Shown here: positions 55,321-64,000 of the stretch, one piece after another
Layout: each line of letters opens with the position of its first letter
How positions within the stretch are numbered: position 1 is the first letter of the stretch
Assembly (NCBI RefSeq): GCF_001194135.2
Contig: NC_068992.1
Coordinates: 6,699,517-6,763,516 of the forward strand
DNA: 64,000 nt
Direction of reading: 5' to 3'
DNA from: Octopus bimaculoides
Taxonomy: Eukaryota
Notes under the pieces: generated by a model
Seen by the model: only the letters and a program-made list of their open reading frames with translations
The model's database searches: none
What the model was told of the DNA's origin: nothing
Program-made: the position numbers and the translations under genes

Positions 55321-58300
55321 AAATAATAAGCAACCGGTGATAAATCGACAGTACCCAGCATGGCTGTAGCCTCAGTTAAATGACAGAAATGAATAAAAGA
55401 GTTAAAAGAACTAAAGCTATATCAACAGTGTCCCAGCATGGCCGCAGTCGTTGGTTAATGACTGAAAATAGTAAAAGAATCGGTGTACACAATTGAAACG
55501 GAAGACATTTATATATTTTATGGTGACATTTCATTAACCATGGTGATTTTGGTTATTGTTAGCCGGAAAAAACAACGACATTATTAAAATAAATAAATCA
55601 AAACTGTACATTAAAACATAAATAACTAATAGACAACAAAAAATAAAATAAATAAACGAAATATAATAAAGCAAAACTTGTAACTTAATTGAAGAAGCGG
55701 TGTAAAAATCAATGAAGACATTACATTGTTCTTTCAGTCAATGTTTAATTATGAAAAGTTTTTAATTGTCAATCATTTTTATGCTGTAAAGTTATTGTCG
55801 CGTTATTTAATTATCCTTCAAATCCTATTTGTCCGACTTAATTGGCCGTTCACTGCCCCAAGCACTTCCTTATGAAAGATATTCGATCGTATTTTTTCAG
55901 CCATATATTACGTCTTGCGCTACTCACTTAAAGAAAAATTTCCGTTAATAAAATATCAAGTTAAATGTACTGTACATATATATATATATATATATTATTA
56001 TTATTATGAATCTTCTACGAGGCCTATTGATATATTGGAAAATAAGACAATATTTTCCGATCGTATATACTGATTATATTTGCATTATGAGAATTGCCAT
56101 AATGATGATTTGAAAATTCAACAGTGGTTTGCCAAAGTGCGTTCTTAGTTCACATCGCTTCAAGGTCAAATTTGTCGTTCATCCTTCCAGAGGTCGATAA
56201 AATAAAGTCCCAGGCAAATATTATAGTCGATTTATATTCCTCTTATGCAGCATAGATGTGAGCAAAATTATAATAAAAGACCAACAAGACATAATGTAGT
56301 ACACACACATACAAATACGCACACACAAACACACACACACACAAATACGCACACACACACGAATAGACAAACACACGCACACACATACAAGTATATACAC
56401 ACACTTGAGTCTATTTCTTAGCAACCGCTCGACTTGGCAAGAATATTTAGCAAGTCTACCATTAAATCACTTTCTACTTTCTTGAAAAAGAAGGAAACAA
56501 ATATTGAACAAGAGATACAAAATAAGAACATAGTTACCTCTGCAATGTATTTAGCCTAATGAATCGGGGTTTACTATGAGCTAAACAACTTCCTTTCATA
56601 CAAATATACACACAGAGCTTCATCTTTAAGCGGTTATTTCTTTTAGTCATTGCACAATGGCGATATCATAACACTGCCTTAAGGATTTTAGTCAGACAAA
56701 CTGGCCACAGTATACTTACTCTGTTGGTCTCATTTGCCGAACAGCTAAGTTACGGGGACTAAACTAATCAATGCCAGTTGACAAGCAATGAACAGTGGAC
56801 AAACACAAAGACACACGCATAGATATGTATGTATATATATATATACATATATACCGAAAGTAGGGAGAGAGAGATGGATTCGTACATGCAACGGGTTTTC
56901 ACATACGTATGTATGTGTGTGTGCATGCACGCACGCGTATGTGTAGCAAATGAAACAAATTATGGATAAAGAAAATCACTACTTTTCTTTTTTTTTTTCG
57001 ATAAGAATAAGCTATCGAGAAACTTTGGCCAATGAATTTATAAATTCTTTGGTTAAATATAGTTGATGTTACTTCTTAGCATCCAGAGTAACTCTATGAT
57101 GATTTTTTAAATGCAGTTTTAGCCGTGACCAGCCTATCTTCTTTCTTCGGGCATTGTATATTGACCACTAAATTATTAAATATATTCTCCCATTCATTCT
57201 TTTCTCTTTTTTTTTTTCTTTTTTTAAGATTCGAAGGTCTAATGTGAAAGAGGAAACTTTCCTGCTATTTCTAGTTTGGTCAAAACAATCCTGTAGCGGT
57301 CTCCTCGTTGGTTCATTTTGTGGTGGCAGAGCTGCAGTGGTGCACTCTTTTCAAGGACGAAAAAGAAGCCACAAGAAGAAGGTCACAGAATGAAAGTTAT
57401 AACTTTGACGAGCCAAGAAAAAAATTCACATGAAAAATGTCACGCTATATTTAAATATCATAAATAATATTTTAAGTCGCTTATTAACTGACAATACAAG
57501 ATTTGTACAGAATAATGCTACGACTTATGTAATCGTGTAACACACATGTGAAAAATAAGTCACATTTTTTCTATCGATCACAGGTTATTTGAAATAATTA
57601 AAAAGCATTCTAATTGAGTTGAAGAGAGTAATATACTGATAATAAAGTATCTTCGAATACCCTCACTCGCACCTTCTATTTAGCCACGGGTATTGACTTA
57701 TGGCTGAATAACTACAACAAAAATGAAACGGGAAGCAAGCGTTGTATGTTTTATTGCTGTTTAGCCTCATGTTAGTTCGCGTTGAGCAGACAAATAATCG
57801 AAAGCTTCTAGTCAGTTCTTCAATAAATAAATGTAATATATATATTTTCAGACAGAAATAACAAATTACATAAAAGTGTATGCCCTTTACTTAGGCACTT
57901 TTTTCAGTTCGCGTGATTTCGTAATCTATGTGTGTAACGTAAAATATGAGACAAGACAATAACTAAAATGCTGGCTAAATTTCTTGTCATATAACAATAT
58001 TCTTGAATATGTAATCGGGTAGATCAAGCAGATTTTTACCCCACTCATACACATTTGGCGTTATGCCAGATCAAAGAAAATCCAAATTTCCGAAGCGTGT
58101 TATGTAAGGTATAAGTTATGAGCTTCTGCGTTTGATTCTATTGTAGTATTTGTGTGAAGAGGAAATTGTCCGCATTCAAAAATATAATCTGAAAACTCGC
58201 CCTCATAACTCTGTCAGCAATTTATTGTCAGTTCTAACGTATAAGTTGAAAACGCACATCTAAATATCTGCTATATATAAACATCTACATATACACAAAC

Positions 58301-58699
58301 ATGTATACACATGCACATACACATACACACAAACACGCGTGCACAATGTCTGATTACTACCTATCTGTTCTAATACCTATTTCTGTAAGTAGGTTCTAAG
58401 GATGTGTGTGAGTGTATCTGTCTGTTTATTGGTTTATTAAGACATTCTACGTTTTCAGTCAACTCCAGTGCAACTCTGTTTTCATCTATGTTTTCTCTAT
58501 GTTTTACTTATGTGACTTTTCAAACGCTACATGTGTTCAGTTTGCTATTGTCAGTCAGCTCCAGTCCAACTCTGTTTCTATATATGTTTCCGGAACGCCC
58601 TGTCCTTTCACACGCGACATTTTTTTTTTCTAAACTCCTTCAGCACCATTAGCCATACTTAACATAAATCATTCTGACGCCCCCGCAACTGTTGCACCA

Positions 58700-58960
58700 C
58701 GTGCCCCTTTATCCAGAACATAACCTCCTACATGGCTCTAAATTTGTGTTTCTATGTACAAACCTGAATGCCACCTCTGTAGTTTATTTCAACACTGGAA
58801 AAATCGATCAGAGGTTAGCCGATTGTTTTAGGGAGCTTTTATTTGATTTCGGACGGAATAGTACGGATTACACAGATTTCTTGCTGCCAATTCCAATATC
58901 CAGGTCATTCTCGCCAGTATTTCGTCGTCTGCTGCCTTGTACATTCACATAGTACTCCCT
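58700..58960 (-). mobile_element. Possible highly decayed RTE-like LINE 3' end
   Basis: Fragments VQGSRRR and RMTWILELAARN resemble an RTE C-terminus; weak. Confidence 0.3.
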
Positions 58961-59658
58961 TTCTCGGCTTCGTTGTGAATAATAGCTGACTTTTTACTAA
59001 AATAAAAAGTCATCCCGTCTAGTATCTATTGCATTCCTCCATCTCCATATTCAATTATGCTGGTAAAAGGTCGCACACACGTACTCCACGACAGTATCTT
59101 TTCCACCACTTCACTCCATATCCACATAATTTGATGCTTTGTTTATTCTTTTCACGCACTATTGTACTCTACGCTATTCACTATTATACTGTATTCGTCC
59201 AAAATATTTCTTTCCTCGACTATTATGACCGCATCCTATAATGTCAATGTCACCCAATCCTGACTAGTTTTTCTCCTTAACAATTAAGGCTCTTTTATAT
59301 AACAACACCATAGCGTTCTATCATATTATTATTATTACACACTCGCATCAAATTTACCCACTATTTCACACACATATATATACTCGTGCACAACTTCTTT
59401 CACACTGTAATTCTATTGTCACATGTACATACTTTCCCAACCTTTAATTCTTTTGTGCATCTCCGACATCAGTCCAAACTTTTGCCCTATCTTTTCTAGA
59501 AACTCCACTAAATCTGTGTTTCCTATCATTGTACTCTCATTCGTTTATACGTAATAGGAACAAGAAGAAGTTTTGCTCTACTAACTCTTTTTAATCCATT
59601 GAGACATACATGTGAGTATACATTGAAACATGCTCACATACATACGTACGCACGTAGG

Positions 59659-59724
<66 letters not shown>

Positions 59725-60000
59725 TGGTACAACAAAACACCGAGGTTTTATATTTAGTCAATTCAAATGAACAAACCATTCAAACAAACGAATAAAAAAC
59801 GAAAAAAAGTGAAACAACGAGCGTGACGACGTTCACACGAAGTGTATTAGCTTGACGTTCAGTGAAAGGAGAGTGTTTGACGTTTCGAGTATAGCTCTTC
59901 GTCGGAAAGGAGAAAGGGGATAGTAAGAAGAAGAAGAAGAACAACAACAACAACAACAACAACAAATCACCCAACAGCGCACGTGTAGTTACATTGCATA

Positions 60001-60312
60001 GTGAAGGAGCGTAGCTTAGTGGCTAGGGTACATCGCACACGATCGTAATTTTCAATCCCAGCGACACCTTGTGTCATTGAGCAAAACACTTTATTTCATG
60101 TTGTTCCAGTTCACTCAGCTGGAAAAAAATGAGTAGGGCCTGTTTCAAAGGGCCAGCCTTGTCAAATTCTGTTTCGCGCTGAATCTCTCTGAGAACTTCG
60201 TTAAGGGTACGCGTGTTTGTGGAGTGCTCAGTCAATTGCACACTGATTTCAAGTGCAGGCTATTCCGTTGATCCGGTCAACTGGAGCCCTTGTCATCGTA
60301 ATCGATGGAGTC
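60001..60312 (+). mobile_element. Older SINE sharing the 3' domain of the 19432 element
   Basis: Decayed tRNA-like head. tcaaagggccagccttgtca...gtggagtgctcag...tcaactggagccct aligns by eye with 19640-19810. Confidence 0.75.
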
Positions 60313-60653
60313 CCAGAATATACATACATACATACATACATACATACATACATACATACATACATACATACAACAGGATTCCACATAGTTTTTACCAAAT
60401 TGCACTCCCGGAAAGTACTGATTAACCTCCAGCTATGGCTAACTACAATTCTCCATGACATCTCTCGGCACAAACAAACGTAAACTCACGTGATTACGAT
60501 GTGAATGTTTTTTGTTTTTAACAACACGGTCATGCCTTCATCACTTAGTGTATGTTTATATATGTAAATATATATCTCATGAATGTAAAAAGGTTAGTTT
60601 AAATACGTATGTAACTACATAGGTAATATACTAATGTTTTCGGGAAAGAAATA

Positions 60654-60722
<69 letters not shown>

Positions 60723-62829
60723 CATTATTATTGTTGTTGTTGTTGGTGTTGCGATTATTTATGGACATATGTACTTAAGTACATAAGTATGTAAAAGAGA
60801 ATGTTCACTAATTATTGCTAGCCTATTAACAGCGTGTACTGATGCGAAAAAAACCAAATCAGCTTTTTTTTATATATATATATTTCGAAATAATTGTTTA
60901 ATCGCCTGTAACAAATGTGGATATTATCAATGCATATATATATGTACATACATACATACATATATACATATATATGTATATATGTATGTGTGTATGTATA
61001 CATATGTATTCATATATACATATATATGTATGTACGTATGTATAGATGTGTGTGTGAATATATAAGAATATATACAGTGCATAAGTTTACATGCGTACAT
61101 GTTATAGATATTTAGTCTAGCTGAGCGAACTACAGGAGTCTTTGTGCAGAATGATCTAGAGAATAACTCCGCTTGTTTTCGCTTGGTTATTTGCTTGCTC
61201 ATTGGACGTATCTACTTTATCCGTTCTGGATAGAAATAAAATACCTCTCGATTTCTTCATAAAGATACATTTAGACACAATGTGGTTAAATCACACGACC
61301 ATCGCTCCAGAACTTATCGGAGAAAGGTTTAAAAAATATAACTTAGCATATTTGCAATTTACCTATACACATGCTAAGTACACTTATAAACATGTTTATG
61401 CGTACATTTACACACATGCACACACACGCACATACATATAAGCACACGTGTGTGTATACGCGCGCGCGGGAGAGACGAGAGTGGGGAGTACAGGTATGGA
61501 TATAAGAAGATGGTGATGGGTACGTATTTCTGCATTAATTGGCGTACCCCAGACAATAAGCCTGTCTTTTCCTTGAATGCTATGACGATTGTGGAGAATA
61601 ACTGAAACTTGGTATCATCTTCCCTTCCCATATTGAACTATTTTCAGTTACCATTGGCAATTGTGACATAATTTTGACACATCAAGAACTTACGTCGCAT
61701 GGTATTTACAATGTAGATAACAAAAACAATGTCACATGTTGAACTTCAGAAAAGTCTTACATATTTTTACTGTTCCACTTACTGATTGTATTTGTTCTGG
61801 TCGTGTTAGCTGGTTGAATTCTTCTTCTGTATACATATATCTATATGTGTGTGTATGTATGTATGTATGCATGAGAAACGTGGCGAACAATGAATTTTTG
61901 TTACATGGAAATAATAAGATTTCTGCCGTTTAAACCAGTCTCTGGACATGTTTTTACGAGTCCTTTACACACAAGCGTACTGTGAAGGGTTAAACAACGG
62001 CATATCAAGGGTTAATAAGCTGTCTGACGTCTTTTAAATATGAGCAGAATTGGCAGGTGATTATATGCCAAAAGAAGCCGGAAATACCGAATGCATGCAA
62101 AACAAATTGTTTACAAAACATAACCGACAGCCAGAGGGCTCGAACTGAGAGAAATCTATAACAATCTTGGGAAAGATAATCGATTATCATACATAAGTGA
62201 ATTAATAAATTGCAGAGATAACTGGAAATTATTCTATCATGCAAAACGCATTAGCGATGGTGTTCAGTAAAAATTTTAAAAATATAAACAATTTCGAACA
62301 TTAGATGTTTTATTTCTATGTACTTAGACTTTGTTTATGAGTGTCTCTGTTTTAGCTAATTAATCGCACTAAACTTGATGTTTTTCATTTTTATTTAGCA
62401 TTCTCGTTAATTCGTTTTGCATGATGGGATAATTCTCAAATTCTCAAGTTTCCCTATGAAATATTTATTCTGTACTATCTATGTTATATATAGGGTATGT
62501 GCGTGTGTGTGAAAACATGAAGGTACATATAGGCAAATATATATATATATATGAATGCATGTGAGTAGGTACGTACGTTCGTAAGTACATATATATTCGA
62601 ATACTACAAACTCAATATCCCTTTCCCTACTCCTGGCACAGCTAATTCCCATTCATTCTTGCAGCTATTCCGCCGTCGTGGGACATGAAACATCGATTCA
62701 GACTTTTATATTCTTGTGAGGCCTTTTTTTTTTTTTGCTTCTCAAGCTCCCTGTTTGTTTTGAAATTTCTAAAGTCAATTTAAAAGCTATCATATTCCCG
62801 TGGGCATTTTCTGTAGTATATTTTATTAC

Positions 62830-62899
62830 AAGTATGACATCTTCGATAGTATTGTTTGAGCTTGAACTTTTTCAAACAGCTTAACACAAACTCTAGCAG
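62830..62899 (-). CDS. Gene B candidate exon (ARVCVKLFEKVQAQTILSKMSY)
   Basis: Acceptor tgacttacctttttacag| after a 76-nt intron, phase 1 in, donor TT|gtaata phase 2. Confidence 0.45.
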
Positions 62900-62975
62900 C
62901 TGTAAAAAGGTAAGTCATATACTATCAATAAGCAAAACACGTCGTCTCTCTGAACTGAATAGTATTTGTTTAAAC

Positions 62976-63046
62976 TTGGAATATCTTTTGATTTTATTTG
63001 TAGATACTGGCGATCAGCGTCAAGTTTGTAGGTTTTCACTTTGTAT
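62976..63046 (-). CDS. Gene B candidate exon (YKVKTYKLDADRQYLQIKSKDIP)
   Basis: Strong acceptor aattttattttttatag|; only the phase-2 frame is open, matching the previous donor. The donor A|gtttaa is weak. Confidence 0.45.
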
Positions 63047-63216
63047 CTATAAAAAATAAAATTATCTAGTAATCCACCAGAAGTGTACCACTTCTCTTTC
63101 ATATCACATTCTATCATCTTGAAAGAGGGAGGATACATGATAATGTAGTCCTAGATAAACTGCCTAAAAAAAATGACGGTTGGTCGCAACTGAAATCTCT
63201 TTGATCGTAGGTTCAC

Positions 63217-63380
63217 TGCAAAGGAGATTTGTCAGAAAATTGGCCTTTCTGTATTTGATTCAACACTTCCAAGAGTTTTTCTTCTGTCAGAGTGAGTAGG
63301 TCGTCCAATGTGTCATGTAAAACATATTGTTTGCTAATACTATAAGTCATATGCTCATGAGTACACGTGCTCGATAAACT
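63217..63380 (-). CDS. Gene B candidate exon (SLSSTCTHEHMTYSISKQYVLHDTLDDLLTLTEEKLLEVLNQIQKGQFSDKSPL)
   Basis: Very strong acceptor ctgtttctttttccccag|, helical protein-like composition. Donor CA|gtgaac is phase 2; otherwise there is a stop at 63213. Confidence 0.5.
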
Positions 63381-63782
63381 CTGGGGAAAAAGAAACAGTT
63401 TCGGAAGATTAAATATTTGTATATGATAGTTCCGACAGAAATATGACTTAATAATACACGACATCACAAAGCAGTTCGTACAATTCTTTATTCTAACACC
63501 CACCGAAAATAATTCCGAAAAACTTTTCAACAATATGTCATTTTAACTTTTCCTCTTATGTTCTTTTCACAATGTTGAGTATTTGCAGAGGTGCATGAAT
63601 AAAACTGGATTATCTTGCTTTTATTCCTGTCAATAAAGTCAATCTCCCGTGACAAAAGACTGTATTCTTTCCTCGTGATAGTTTCATATTGCTTCCTTGG
63701 GTTTTCGAAGTAGGCATTACACATTTATCTCTTGGTAACAATAAATCATTCTATCAGATCGATAAAAGATTCAATAAGTTAC

Positions 63783-63890
63783 AGTAAGTAGATAAAATGG
63801 AAGTAATTCTATTAAAGAAATATTTTCCATGTACGTCGAAGTACGATCTTGAATGTTCAAATATTCAACGACTTTCAGAAAGCTGATAAC
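63783..63890 (-). CDS. Gene B candidate exon (VISFLKVVEYLNIQDRTSTYMENISLIELLPFYLLT)
   Basis: Acceptor gactttaacag|, donor |gtaact, phase 0-0, 36 open codons. Competing plus-strand splice signals exist nearby. Confidence 0.35.
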
Positions 63891-64000
63891 CTGTTAAAGT
63901 CTTTATAGCGACCAGTTAAGTTCTCATATGAGTTGCTTTCAAGGGGGAATTGCATTTTAAGTTTGCTTCTCCAGCAAGTTAAGCATGCAGAATTTCATTA

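Noticed and set aside
60768-60785. 18-bp perfect palindrome TATGTACTTAAGTACATA
   Set aside because: Short, AT-rich and in low-complexity TA/CA context; plausible by chance.

Overview
AT-rich, microsatellite-dense animal genomic DNA from a gapped draft assembly. The larger N-runs are at 20591-20751, 28708-28779, 29435-30285, 36675-36944 and 52120-53006. The SINE repertoire and repeat density suggest an octopod cephalopod (inference, not searched). There are no prokaryotic features, rRNA or CRISPR array. Most of the window is microsatellites plus decayed TEs: three tRNA-derived SINE types, mariner remnants, RTE/other LINE ends and two Penelope-like GIY-YIG fragments. Almost all ORFs in the supplied track are repeat or gap artefacts. 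Manual splice-phase reading supports two tentative minus-strand genes of unknown identity. Gene A is a compact ~282-aa model at 5286-9440 with a non-coding exon at 9786-9874. Gene B is scattered exons from about 63.9 kb down to about 23.5 kb, and their linkage is uncertain. The most unusual locus is 9.45-9.97 kb: a decayed tRNA-Ser(AGA) with perfect A/B boxes, whose T-run terminator doubles as a splice acceptor, followed by an intron carrying a duplicated hairpin module. Other standouts are a perfect 46-bp palindrome, a fold-back element made of two mariner 5' ends, and minimal-hammerhead-like motifs. Nothing here demonstrates a new biological system; these are leads that need RNA data and homology searches.
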